64,000 bases of DNA from an uncultured Planctomycetota bacterium (lineage in GTDB: Bacteria; Planctomycetota; Planctomycetia; Pirellulales; Lacipirellulaceae). Numbering within the stretch: position 1 is the stretch's first letter; the number at the start of each line of letters is the position of its first letter. The notes below the pieces were generated by a model. It was not told the origin of the DNA and did no database searches. It worked only from the letters and a program-made list of their open reading frames with translations. The DNA lies in the NCBI GenBank assembly GCA_963719315.1, contig CAVRBU010000002.1, positions 864,001 to 928,000 on the forward strand. The letters are read 5' to 3'. Of the stretch, positions 47,237-57,310 are shown piece after piece. The position numbers and the translations under genes were made by a program.

Positions 47237-47307
47237 GTAGGGTGGGTCGAGTTGCGAGACCCACCACGAGCCTCGCAAAAGCGGTGGACCTCGCAGACTC
47301 GACCCAC
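47237..47307. repeat. GTAG-type REP doublet (REPIN-like)
   Basis: gtagggtgggtcgagttgcgagacccacc followed by the inverted copy ggtggacctcgcagactcgacccac, between convergent genes. Confidence 0.6.
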
Positions 47308-47427
47308 TTTTTGAAAAACTGAATGACCCTGTACGCCGACTCTGGATTCAGTCCCTGTAGCGCCGTCAGGATGGCGGCAATCGTGGGGCTGCTATTGCAA
47401 TCTTCCGTAAACGTAGTTGTTGCTACA

Positions 47428-48955
47428 TCAACGGGCTGGACGTGAATACGGACCGAGAAAATGCCATCGTCCGCGACCCCTGCCCGCGATCGCGGCCGAG
47501 ATGGTTCCTAGCACTAGCAGAAAGCTCGACGACGGCTCGGGAACCCCAGCCAGCTCTAAGCCGCTGCCGCTACCAGACATTTCGCCGAAGTGGGCGCGCC
47601 ACAGATCGTAGTGTGCCGTTCCGACGGTGCCGCCGATTCCGTTGTCGTTTGGCAGTGTGTTCGTAGTGCCAACGTTTTTGCGCCACAAGACATAGTCCGC
47701 CGCATCGACTTTGCCGTTCTGGTTAAAGTCCCCTGCCAAACCTGCCAAGCTCGGGGGAATGACGCCTTCTTTATACGCGATGAAATCGATATCGACGGCG
47801 CCGTGTCGCGACCCAGAGGTGAGGCCCATCCCGATAAACGAACCGGTGCCGGCTTCATTTTGCAAACCCAAAATCACTTGGAACGTTTGTGGGGTGAGGG
47901 ACCCATCCATGTAGACGTTGACTTCGTGCGTATTGCCATTTACCGGTGAGGGTAATGCTTTTGCCGTGATCCAGAACTCATGCCAATCGGTGAGCTGAGC
48001 ATTGGGAATCTCCGCGACATTAAGCCGCTGAGCGTCGGTCGTATTCGTATCTGCGCTGCCAGGGGTAGAACCATCCAACGCGCGGTTGTTCATCACCAAC
48101 CCTGTGGTCGGAGTGGGAACGCCGAAATCGTTGATCGAATTGGTATCGAGCAGACTGAATGCCAAGCGGCTGGGACCGACGGCACCGTTTTGCGAGATCA
48201 TTACCATCCCCCGTCCCGTGCCCGAGATGGGATAGCCAATTCCGTCCGTGGGCCAAGGAAAAGGTCCGCTCCCCGCTTCGTCGTAGAACATATCCAACGG
48301 CCCCGTGGCGGCCGTCGCGATCCGCGCGAAACGAAATTGTCACGCCGAAATCCAGGATATCTTGTCTGCCGCTGAAGCTTGTATCGCGGGCCATTTCATG
48401 TTTGAACTCAATCCTTTTGTTACCGCCCTCTTGCTGAGGTTTTGTAGGGCTCAATTGACTACCCTTATCGACCCAGCCGTAAGTTGCGGGGTCGCCGGGA
48501 TCTTGAATACGTAGGTAATTGGTGGAGCCTTGTGTAAACGTGCCAACGCCGCCTGGAGCCGCTGGTCCCAAAAGTGGTTTGTTTGGATCCCAAGGAGGAT
48601 CCGGCACGCCGCCGAGCGTTGCCCCAGGCGCAGAGCCGTCCCAGTGACTATTGTTGCTCTGCCAGATGGCCGCTGCAGCACAAGCTGCGTCATCGGCGCA
48701 GGGCCCCGGATTGATAAGGGCAGGCGAGCCGCCCCAGCCTCCCGGTCGGTTCGTTGAGGAGCCGTTGTTATAGTCCGTATTGTACCCATCTGGATCATAA
48801 TAATAGGCCGAGTTGCCATCGTACGAGTTGTACCAGCCTGGATCGGCATACAGAACGCCAACCGCCTGGGCTTTGTCGACCAGTTTGGGACCGACCGCAA
48901 TAAGAAGAGCAACCAAAATCGGTAAGACGGTACAGCGTTTAATGGGCCAAATCAT
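47428..48955 (-). CDS. Secreted protein with dockerin-like repeat and PEP-CTERM sorting signal (apparent indel near 48320)
   Basis: Signal peptide; GDFNQNGKVDAADYVLWRK...YDLWRAHFG; VPEPSS + hydrophobic stretch + basic tail. Confidence 0.78.
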
Positions 48956-49129
48956 AGAACTTCCTTCAACCTATTTCTCGACGAGAGTCGAGCACCAATT
49001 TCACCGGTGCGTGCCAACATAAACTCGCTGCCGCCGCGGAGGACTCAATGCCCGTTTATCCAATGCGCGCCGAAAATATTAGTCTATAGTAACAACCCGG
49101 TGCAAAACCGGTCAAATAATCTGTCGATT

Positions 49130-49639
49130 CTATTTATTCTTTTTGTCACCTTCAGCTTCGAGCACGATGTCGAAGTGATTTGAAGACCCATCGCTCTTAA
49201 CCGTAATTTCAAGCGGGGTCGTCTGAATGTTTTGGTACCGCATCGGGACAAGCGCTCTGTATCGGGCAACGGCAGCCACATCGTTCACGGCTTCCTCGGG
49301 AACCGATGGGTAAACGGCTACTTTGTGAACACCCGCGACCGCTCCGTCGCCCTTCTTAAACGTACTTAGTCGAAAGGCGCCATCAGTTCCAATTGTTGCC
49401 CGTGCAGGTTGGCTCGATTCACCCGTTGGCTGAAACAGAATGCGCCCGCCCGGCAAAGGCTGTCCGTTCGGTTGCTTGACTGACCCCGTGACTTCATAGG
49501 TTCCCTTAGAGCGAGAACAGCCAGTCGCTACGGATAAAAAAAGCAGAAGAGGAACGATGAGAACCAGCCACTTTACGTCACAAAAGCAGTGACGGTGGAC
49601 GTGGTGCGATTCGCTGTATTGCAACGGGAGGTCGCACAT
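49130..49639 (-). CDS. Planctomycete lipoprotein (carboxypeptidase-regulatory-like domain), DUF1559 partner
   Basis: Lipobox VATGC, VTGSV..NGQPL.GG.I.F.P, DGAF.LST...DGA..G.HKV, P.RY...TTPL; start uncertain. Confidence 0.75.
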   Translation of the reverse strand: MCDLPLQYSESHHVHRHCFCDVKWLVLIVPLLLFLSVATGCSRSKGTYEVTGSVKQPNGQPLPGGRILFQPTGESSQPARATIGTDGAFRLSTFKKGDGAVAGVHKVAVYPSVPEEAVNDVAAVARYRALVPMRYQNIQTTPLEITVKSDGSSNHFDIVLEAEGDKKNK

Positions 49640-49671
49640 GGCCGAAACAGGGACGCGACTTCGATAGATTG

Positions 49672-50681
49672 TCAATCGAGTTTTCCAGTATCCACAACGT
49701 CACCATCCCGGATATTCGTGAGTTGGCCCAAGGTTATGACATCGAGCGTATTCGTTACTGTCCGGCGCTTCCGTCACCGAACAGGAATTGGCAGATTCCC
49801 GGATGCCAACTGCCAAACTGAGCATATGGATCGGGCATGAGCTCGTCCTTCGAACTCGCAATTGGCGCGAGGTCGGAACCGTAACGGCAATGACTGCGAT
49901 GATTGTCGGGGTTGTAAATCGAGTTATCTCGGCAAACGGATTTCTTGCCAAAGCAACTGCCGCCATCCGTTGGGTCTCGCTCCGGGACATGTTTCTCGCC
50001 AACAAAAATCGTCTTGCTCGTTCCGTCTATCAAATTCTTGAACTTGAGAACCGGACTGTAGCCGCCAATGAGCGTCTTGAACGCAGCAGCACCGTAGCAT
50101 TTGCCAGCTGTGGCCCGTGCGCGGCGAAAGGCACCATTCGGAATGGTCTTATTGTTGCCCGCAATTACCGTGGTACTTCCGTCGGTGATATCGGTGCCGT
50201 CGCCATCGCCCACGTAATCGTGGCCGTCGCCGAGGGATACGGCATAGTCGCCCAGCGCTCCTGGACGATGTGCAACTCCTTGCCGATCGTCGCCCGAAAT
50301 GCTTAGTTGCGGAGGAGCACGGCGAGAAGGGCAAAGATAGACGGCAACTTGAACCTGAAGGACTTGCAGCGGCTGAGCATAATACGACTGCTCCTTGTCG
50401 TATTGTGCGGTAACCGTACCTTCCTCGATATATGGCCAAATTTCGGACGCCCAGGTGCTGTGATCGCAATCGACCCGCGACGGCGGAATGGCCTTCTTAG
50501 TATCGTGATACATGTGCATCGCGATACCAATTTGCTTAAGATTGTTGGTGCACTGAGCCCGCCGGGCGGCCTCACGGGCGGCCTGGATGGCCGGTAGCAG
50601 CAGCGCCACCAAAATGCCGATAATGGCGATGACGACCAATAGTTCGACGAGCGTGAACCCGCCTCGAATCCGACTCCGCAT
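49672..50681 (-). CDS. DUF1559 prepilin-type protein (apparent indel near 49765)
   Basis: [73 protein letters not shown]; tail RTVTNTLD...RDGDVV in the shifted frame; AAGGAG RBS. Confidence 0.88.
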
Positions 50682-50886
50682 GGCAACTCTCCTTGTCCGG
50701 AATAGCGAGTGCCGTCGCATGTGAAAAGGGTAACTGATATGTTAAGCCGTTTCCGACTTAGCGTCAAGAAAAACTCACTGTTTGGCGATGCAAATGCGCT
50801 AGCATTTGAGGTGGACCCTAAAAACTGGGCGCCCTGATAAGGTATAAAATCCCCGCTGTGGGATGGCCTATCAGGAGGTTCGGAGG

Positions 50887-51177
50887 ATGGCTCGGAAGCG
50901 ACGGAGTTTTAGCGGTGCGTTCAAGGCGAAGGTAGCACTGGCGGCGTGCCGGGGCGACAAGACCACGGCTCAACTGGCGGCTGAGTATGAAGTGCATGTG
51001 GGCCAGATCACGGCCTGGAAGAAGCAACTCTTGGAGGGAGCTCCGGAGTTGTTCGAAGACGGCCGCGGCAAGCGAGCGGCCGAGGACACGGCCAATGACC
51101 AGGAGCTTTACGAGCAGATCGGCCGGCTGAAGATGGAAGTCGAGTGGTTGAAAAAAAAAGCTGCCGAGCTCAACTGA
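50887..51177 (+). CDS. IS3 transposase OrfA (HTH)
   Basis: RRSFSGAFKAKVAL, QLAAEYEVH..QI..WKKQL, LYEQIGRLKMEVEWLKKK; A9G run at 51151-51160. Confidence 0.9.
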   Translation: MARKRRSFSGAFKAKVALAACRGDKTTAQLAAEYEVHVGQITAWKKQLLEGAPELFEDGRGKRAAEDTANDQELYEQIGRLKMEVEWLKKKAAELN

Positions 51178-52051
51178 AGGACTGAGGCGATGCATCGAAA
51201 CGGAACGCAAACAGCTCACGATCGCGCGGCAGTGCGAGCTAGTGGGGCTCGCACGAAGCACGTGGTACTACCAGCCGATTGGCGAATCGGCCGAGAACCT
51301 GGCGTTCATGCGTGCGATCGACGAGCAGTATTTGCGGACGCCGTTTTACGGCAGCCGCAAGCTCTCGGAAGTGCTGGGAGTGAACCGCAAGCGCATCCAA
51401 CGGTTGATGCGTGTGATGGGCATCGAGGCGATCTATCCGAAGCGGCGGACCACCAGGCCCGGCGCCGGACACAAAATTTACCCGTATTTACTGCGGAATG
51501 TGGAGGTCGCGCGGCCCGACCAGGTGTGGGCCAGCGACATCACCTACGTGCCGCTGCGTCACGGGTTTTTGTACCTCGCGGCGGTGATGGACTGGTACAG
51601 CCGCTACGTGCTGAGTTGGCGCTTGTCGAACACGCTTACCGGCGACTTCTGTATGGAGGCGCTCGACGAAGCGCTCACGCAGACCAAGCCCGAGATCTTC
51701 AACAGCGACCAAGGGAGTCAATACACAGCCGAAGCGTTCACGTCGCGGCTGGAGGCTGCCGGCGTGGCGATCAGCATGGATGGCCGCGGCCGGGCGATCG
51801 ACAACGTGTTCGTCGAGCGGCTGTGGCGGAGTGTGAAATACGAGGACGTGTACCTCAAGGATTACGTGGACGGCTGGCAAGCCGACGCGTCGCTGGCGGC
51901 GTACTTCCGCTTCTACAACAACGAACGAATCCATCAGGCGCTCGGCTACCGCACCCCATGGGAGATTTATCGCGAGCGAGGCTCAAGCGACGGGCCGCCG
52001 TCAGACGAAAAACGAATTGAAATCGCGCGCAACAATTTGATAGCTGGTTAG
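51161..52051 (+). CDS. IS3 transposase OrfB (rve/DDE integrase core)
   Basis: QCELVGLARSTWYY, PFYGSRK, WASDITY, FNSDQGSQY, DNVFVERLWRSVKYE, YNNERIHQAL; frame open from the A9G site. Confidence 0.92.
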   Translation: MPSSTEGLRRCIETERKQLTIARQCELVGLARSTWYYQPIGESAENLAFMRAIDEQYLRTPFYGSRKLSEVLGVNRKRIQRLMRVMGIEAIYPKRRTTRPGAGHKIYPYLLRNVEVARPDQVWASDITYVPLRHGFLYLAAVMDWYSRYVLSWRLSNTLTGDFCMEALDEALTQTKPEIFNSDQGSQYTAEAFTSRLEAAGVAISMDGRGRAIDNVFVERLWRSVKYEDVYLKDYVDGWQADASLAAYFRFYNNERIHQALGYRTPWEIYRERGSSDGPPSDEKRIEIARNNLIAG

Positions 52052-52301
52052 TACATCAGAAAGTTAAACCGCTGCAGCGGCCGCGCAAGACCTGTGAGGG
52101 GTCTTGCGGGCCGCCAGCCCCACTACCTTATTCAACCCTATTGGGCGCCCAACCAATGGGGTCCACCTCAATTTGCAATCCGGGGGCTTCGCGGCTCATA
52201 ACCATTGGCTGTTTCCACGATCCCCAGGACGTATTACTTACGTTCAGTCGTTGGGTAGTCTGTTCTCCGTTGTGCGAAACGGATCGAGGAGTACATACAT
52301 C

Positions 52302-52852
52302 ATGGCTAAAGTATTGCTCGTGATCGGCGATGGCGCGGAAGTGATCGACACGATGGTCCCGCTTTATAGGTTGGCGGAGGACTTCGAAGTCGTAAAAGCT
52401 GCGCCGGCTCGGCGGACGTATCATCTCGTGCAGCATCACCACGATCCCGATTGGGATATCACGGTCGAAACGCCCGGATATACGCTCGACTCCGACGTCG
52501 CCTTCCGCGACGTGAATCCGGCAGAATACTGCGGCCTGGTGCTTCCTGGGGGCCGTGCGCCGAATTCTTGCGATACGATCAGGACCTCATTCGCATTACG
52601 AAGCACTTTTTCGAACACCATAAACCGGTCGCCTCGATCTGCCATGGAATCGAGATTCTGGCCGCGGCCGATGTGATTCGCGGCCGCCGTGTGACTACGA
52701 TTCCGCGTTGCCGGCTGGATGCGGAGCTATCCGGCGCAACCTACGTTGCGGAAGGATTAGTGGTAGACGGCAATCTGTATTGTTGTCGCTTCAAAAAGGA
52801 ATGCGCTCCTTGGATGAAGACGTTTGTAGCGGAACTTCGACGACATCGTTAG
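52302..52852 (+). CDS. DJ-1/PfpI family protein (apparent indel near 52561)
   Basis: KVLLVIGD.AE, LVLPGGRAP, then EFLRYD...VASICHG nucleophile elbow, VVDGNL; GAGGAG RBS. Confidence 0.85.
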
Positions 52853-52862
52853 TTCGGGGCCG

Positions 52863-53981
52863 TTATCGCGGCACGGGTCGCGTGGAATCGCGGACCACCA
52901 GCTCGCAGCCCAGCGTAATGTGCCGAGGGGCCGCATTGGGCCGCTCAATGCGATCCAACATGGCGTGATACGCCGCGTCACCAATCGCCGCGAACGGCTG
53001 CCGCACCGTCGTTAACCGCACGCGTAGAAGTTCGGCATACCGCACGTCGTCAACGCCGCCGATCATGATATCGTGTGGGACTCGAACTCCCAATTCGTCG
53101 AGCGTGTGCAGTAGTCGGCCGGCCGTTACGTCGTTACCGCAAACGATGCCATCCGGCTTGTGCTTTCGCAGTATTTGCCGAATGTATGCTGTATCGCCAG
53201 GATCGCACTCGTGGATCATCTCCACATCGATCGGAACCTTACGAGTGATAAAAGCCTCTGTGAATCCTGCAGCCCGGGCATGAATCGTGCTTGCGGAGCC
53301 AGGCCGCAATACAAACACGAGCCGCTTACAGCCCGCCGCAAACATGTGCTCGGTGATTGTATGACCGACGCGGCGATTATTGATGCCGACTAGATCATGA
53401 TTGCTGCGGCCCGGATATTTCACGTAGTCGCGATCGAGCAGCACGACAGGGATACAAGCCTCGTCCAAAGCGGAAGCAATGCGGCGATTGATCACATCCT
53501 TGTTGGGAATTAATTCGAGCGGGGCGAAAAATACGCCGCCGACTTGATCGCGAATAAATCGCTGGCACAAATCCCAAGCGATCGCGCCCTTGTCGGCGCC
53601 GTTTCCCTGGCGATCGACCATCTGGGTGGCGCCCCACAGGAGCGAATTGCCTCCCTGCTGTGCCACGCGGGCCATTTCGCCACAAATCGGCTCAAAGACC
53701 TCGGTATCTCCCAAGCCGGGGATCAAAAGGCCGAATAGTTTGCCGCCACCGTGACGTTGCGAAACAAACGTTCCCGCTCCGCGTCGTCTGCTGACCAGCC
53801 CCCGGCGCTCGAGATCCTGCAGTGCCCGAGCCACGGTGGGCCGCGAAACGCCGAATTCGCGGATCAGCATCGCCTCCGCGGGAATGCGGTCACCCGGCTG
53901 ATAATCGCCTGACTCGATGCGATTCCGCATGATCTCGAACACCTGCCGATGCTTGGCGGCGAATTGTGTACTGATGTTCAC
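52863..53981 (-). CDS. GntR HTH plus LacI-type sugar-binding domain regulator (AraR-like architecture)
   Basis: YQPGDRIPAE..L..EFGVSRPTVARAL..L...GL..RRRGAGTFV; PVVLLDR, CGND..A, RVPHDI..GGVDD, LTTVRQP. Confidence 0.9.
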   Translation of the reverse strand: MNISTQFAAKHRQVFEIMRNRIESGDYQPGDRIPAEAMLIREFGVSRPTVARALQDLERRGLVSRRRGAGTFVSQRHGGGKLFGLLIPGLGDTEVFEPICGEMARVAQQGGNSLLWGATQMVDRQGNGADKGAIAWDLCQRFIRDQVGGVFFAPLELIPNKDVINRRIASALDEACIPVVLLDRDYVKYPGRSNHDLVGINNRRVGHTITEHMFAAGCKRLVFVLRPGSASTIHARAAGFTEAFITRKVPIDVEMIHECDPGDTAYIRQILRKHKPDGIVCGNDVTAGRLLHTLDELGVRVPHDIMIGGVDDVRYAELLRVRLTTVRQPFAAIGDAAYHAMLDRIERPNAAPRHITLGCELVVRDSTRPVPR

Positions 53982-54113
53982 TATGTCAAATTCCCCTCAA
54001 CCTTGATTCGGTACTGTATCCTTCGTCGGACCTCATCTTAACGATAGCGACGCCGTTTGCGACTGGGTTAGGACCAAGCCTCCAAATGCTATTACTATAC
54101 ACGCAACTTTTCA

Positions 54114-54141
54114 TTGACAACTCTTTGCTTATTAGTAGAAT
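54114..54141 (+). promoter_or_regulatory. Sigma70-type promoter candidate
   Basis: TTGACA (54114-54119), 16-nt spacer, TAGAAT (54136-54141), upstream of ORF 54249. Confidence 0.6.
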
Positions 54142-54248
54142 TCAAAGTGGTACTCTTATCGAGTGCCTAATCGGCCGTTGACAATCATATTTTTTCTTGT
54201 CCAAAGCGGCGATTTTGTGGTTGGGCGATTCCTTGTGCGGAGAATCGC

Positions 54249-55010
54249 ATGGGTGGAAGTGACGTTCACGAATTGGCGCTTTTGGACCAGGCTGGCCGGG
54301 CTCTGGCCGAGGCCCAAAGCTTCGATCAAATCAAAGTCATCCGCGACAAAGCGGAGGCAGTTCGCAAATATGCCCAGAGCGCGTCGCTGGGGCTCGGCAT
54401 TCAGAACCGGGCCGCCGAAGTAAAACTCCGTGCCGAGCGGCAAGCCGGCAAGTTGCTGGCCCAAATGACATTGCGGGGCGGCGATCGGCGTTCAAAGAAC
54501 CACGATGAGCGTTTGAAGCTCGACGACTTGGGCATCAGTCGGAACCAGTCGACGCGTTGGCAAATGGAAGCCCGGGTTCCGGAAAACGTGTTTCGCGAAC
54601 ATATCCGCGAAATGTGTGATGCCGGCAAAGAGCTGACTTCCGCCAGATTAATGCGGTTCGCCAGGCAATGGGTCGAGGAGTCTGTTGTCAACGGGCGGGC
54701 TAATGGCCGCAATGGGCATAGCGCAAAACGAAACGGAAAGTCGCACAGCAATCGGTTGGCGAAGGAATCCACGGACCAATTGAGCAATTCGATCGCCGAG
54801 ATTGTCAACGAGCTGGCCAATCACCACCAGCTTCTCGACAATGTGCTTCAGCCGATTTATTCCGGCACGAACACGACGTTAGCGGCTGCCGAACGCCGTG
54901 TGCTGCGCTATTTATTGCTGGAATCACAGCAGCTTCTGGCACGACTGGAAAAGCTGCAACGCAATTCCGCCTCTCGCTGCACTTGCCAAGACGACTGGTC
55001 GAGTCGATAA
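54249..55010 (+). CDS. Hypothetical protein with a phage-like helical/HTH N-terminal domain
   Basis: IRDKAEAVRKYA...AAEVKLRAERQAGKLL...GGDRRS...LDDLGISRNQSTRWQ..A.VPE..F, a pattern I recognise from N-termini of phage DNA methyltransferase-like proteins; no MTase motifs follow. Confidence 0.6.
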   Translation: MGGSDVHELALLDQAGRALAEAQSFDQIKVIRDKAEAVRKYAQSASLGLGIQNRAAEVKLRAERQAGKLLAQMTLRGGDRRSKNHDERLKLDDLGISRNQSTRWQMEARVPENVFREHIREMCDAGKELTSARLMRFARQWVEESVVNGRANGRNGHSAKRNGKSHSNRLAKESTDQLSNSIAEIVNELANHHQLLDNVLQPIYSGTNTTLAAAERRVLRYLLLESQQLLARLEKLQRNSASRCTCQDDWSSR

Positions 55011-55046
55011 GTCCGACTTCGGCACCGCCCGGATGTGATGAAGGCT

Positions 55047-56303
55047 TTACAGCGGTTTCCCCGCTGTATTAGGCGCCGACAGAACGACCACGATTCCCAG
55101 CGCATAGACTAGAGCGCAGGCCGATCCAATCGCCGAGTAGTCGCTATGAAACCAGGTGAACAATCCCCCGGCGGCCAGCACACCCCCGGCCGTAACAAAG
55201 CGGCCGATGTTCATTGAAACGCCTGCACCGCTGGCCCTGACGCGCACGGGAAAAAGTTCTGGAAGGTACAGCGGGAGCCATCCGAAGTACAACGTAGCCA
55301 CCAATCCCTGAACGAAAACGATCGGCAAGAATGCTGGCTGCAAGGGCGCCGTCAGGCGGAACGTCGACCACGTTAGTGTTGCCGCGCCCAGACTGATCAG
55401 AAAATAGGACAACCGGCGGCCGATTCTCGCCGCGAGCGGAGCGCCAAGGAAACTACCAATCGTGGCTCCGAGGGCCCACCAGCCTTGCGTGGTTGCCTTG
55501 TAACCTGGCAAATCGGCCGCGCCGGCGACGTGATCGGCCCAGGGGATGATCCATTTGCTTCCGGCCCAGGCTCCGACGAGTGGAACCGATGCGAGCAAAA
55601 TGCCGACGAGTGTGGGGCGCAGCAAGTCGCCTCGAAACAACTCACTCAATGGCGGAGCGGGACTCTTCTCCTTTCCTCGCGAGGCCAACCATTTTGGCGA
55701 TTCAGGTAGCATCGTGAGGACGAGCACTCCGAGCGTGGCGGGAATTGCCGCTAGAACGAAGATCCACCGCCACGCATCGGGCGTGATCGTGTGCACTCGC
55801 ACTAACTGCGAGAGCCCCAGAATCCCCACGTTGATTCCCGCGCCCAGAATACCCGAGACCGTTGGACGCGACTTGTCGGGCCAGCACTCGGCCACCAGCG
55901 CGACTCCGTTCGGCCACATGCCCCCAACGCCTAGGCCCACCAAGAACCGGAGCAACAACATTTGTTCGCAAGTGTTGACTACTCCTCCCAACCCGGCGAA
56001 AAGGGAATAGAACAGCACGCTGACGCCCATCGCTCGCGCGCGGCCGATACGATCCCCAAGATTACCGAGCAAACTGCCACCCACCGCAGCCCCGAGCATC
56101 AAAGCGGCGGTAAACCAGGCGAACCACTGTCCGCCTAATGCATCCGTGAACTGGTTGCCGAGGAGGCTCTTGGTTACGGACAACGACGCGACCGGCATGA
56201 GACCCAGTTCAAAGCCGTCGAAGACGAGTCCCGAGAATGCCGCGGCCAAAACCGCGATGCGCGCTCCGCGAGATAACTCCGTACCGGCTGCCGGTGTCGA
56301 CAT
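55047..56303 (-). CDS. MFS transporter
   Basis: FDGFE, GNLGDRIGRAR (motif A), LRFLVGLGVGG, ECWP, PESPKW, LPELFP.RVRASG; about 12 TM segments. Confidence 0.92.
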   Translation of the reverse strand: MSTPAAGTELSRGARIAVLAAAFSGLVFDGFELGLMPVASLSVTKSLLGNQFTDALGGQWFAWFTAALMLGAAVGGSLLGNLGDRIGRARAMGVSVLFYSLFAGLGGVVNTCEQMLLLRFLVGLGVGGMWPNGVALVAECWPDKSRPTVSGILGAGINVGILGLSQLVRVHTITPDAWRWIFVLAAIPATLGVLVLTMLPESPKWLASRGKEKSPAPPLSELFRGDLLRPTLVGILLASVPLVGAWAGSKWIIPWADHVAGAADLPGYKATTQGWWALGATIGSFLGAPLAARIGRRLSYFLISLGAATLTWSTFRLTAPLQPAFLPIVFVQGLVATLYFGWLPLYLPELFPVRVRASGAGVSMNIGRFVTAGGVLAAGGLFTWFHSDYSAIGSACALVYALGIVVVLSAPNTAGKPL

Positions 56304-56308
56304 CGCGC

Positions 56309-57307
56309 CTACTTTCCTGACAAGTGTTGATAATCTCGGTAGGCAGCCGCTAAATCGACGACGCTTTTCTCTGGCCCCGAATGCACGAGCACGCCGTATC
56401 GCAATCGCAGCTTATCGCCCGGCTTCACCTCAACCGAGCTTTTCTCTCCCTTGCCAAATGCCTGGCGTCCGAACGGATTGGCTTCCAACAGTCCGTAGTC
56501 GCGGGCATGAAACCAGCTAGGGCGAAAGTTCTCGGGATGACAAAAGATTGTCATACCAATGCGCTCGCCGTCCATGATCCCGCTGTAATCACACCAGTCG
56601 GCGGAGTTGCCCCAGATTTCATCGCCGTTTTTTCTTCCTTCCGAGTCCAAGATCGTGCCGTTGCCAGGTGGAATACTCCCTTCGGACTTTCGTTCCACGC
56701 GGAGAGGTGTCGCTACGCGAAAACCCAGGCCCATCTCTTCCTGATCGCCAAAAGCGAATTCGTGGTCCGAGGAGAACGTCGAATCCCACAACAAGAAATA
56801 GCCTTCCGGACGATCAATAAACGTGTAGCGAGCAATTTCATCGCAAACGACCTTGGTCGGGTCTTTTTGGTCGAGATACTTATTATGCACCGCGAAGGAG
56901 CCGCGGCCCGCTCCGCCCTTTGGCGGCTCGACGAAGTCGACCTGTCGCACCGGCGCCATAATCCGCCAATAGTCGGAGCCGTTGATGTCGCCGAAAGCCA
57001 TCCAGATTCCCGGATGGAACGTGGGATGGTCTGCCAAGTCCTGGCCTTCGATCGGCGGGTGGTTCCGCGTCACCTGCATTCCGTTCGGCGCACGCACGTG
57101 AGCAAAAAACGGGCGCGTGATCTTATCGTCGCGGTAGCAGTACACAGCAACGGGCAGGCCGTCGATCACCACGGTGACGCGGCCATCGCCTTGCGCAAAT
57201 TCGACAGGCGCCTTGCCCGGCTCCGTCGCGTTCAGGTTTTTCGCCGCGACACCGAAAGTGCCGAGGAAAGAAATCGACAGTACGATGAGTCGCTTGAATT
57301 GGCTCAT
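56309..57307 (-). CDS. Secreted PmoA-like (PF14100/DUF6807-type) beta-sandwich protein
   Basis: Signal peptide; RPFF..VR.P.G..VTR, DHPTFHPGIW.AFG.ING.D.W, EEMGLG.R, ADWCDYSG, WFHARDYG. Confidence 0.7.
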   Translation of the reverse strand: MSQFKRLIVLSISFLGTFGVAAKNLNATEPGKAPVEFAQGDGRVTVVIDGLPVAVYCYRDDKITRPFFAHVRAPNGMQVTRNHPPIEGQDLADHPTFHPGIWMAFGDINGSDYWRIMAPVRQVDFVEPPKGGAGRGSFAVHNKYLDQKDPTKVVCDEIARYTFIDRPEGYFLLWDSTFSSDHEFAFGDQEEMGLGFRVATPLRVERKSEGSIPPGNGTILDSEGRKNGDEIWGNSADWCDYSGIMDGERIGMTIFCHPENFRPSWFHARDYGLLEANPFGRQAFGKGEKSSVEVKPGDKLRLRYGVLVHSGPEKSVVDLAAAYRDYQHLSGK

Positions 57308-57310
57308 AAT

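Larger units (their letters stand above)
50807..52170 (+). mobile_element. Complete IS3-family insertion sequence (1364 bp) with 3-bp target duplication
   Basis: Ends 5'-TGAGGTGGACCC..TGGGCGCCC and GGGCGCCCA..GGGTCCACCTCA-3' (TG...CA), flanked by ATT on both sides. Confidence 0.92.

Noticed and set aside
50783..50797. TGGCGATGCAAATGC as a sigma54 promoter beside the IS left end
   Set aside because: Poor match to consensus outside the GG/GC dinucleotides
56309..57307. Methane monooxygenase function implied by the PmoA-like family name
   Set aside because: Soluble secreted protein with no pmoCAB context; the family name does not indicate methanotrophy
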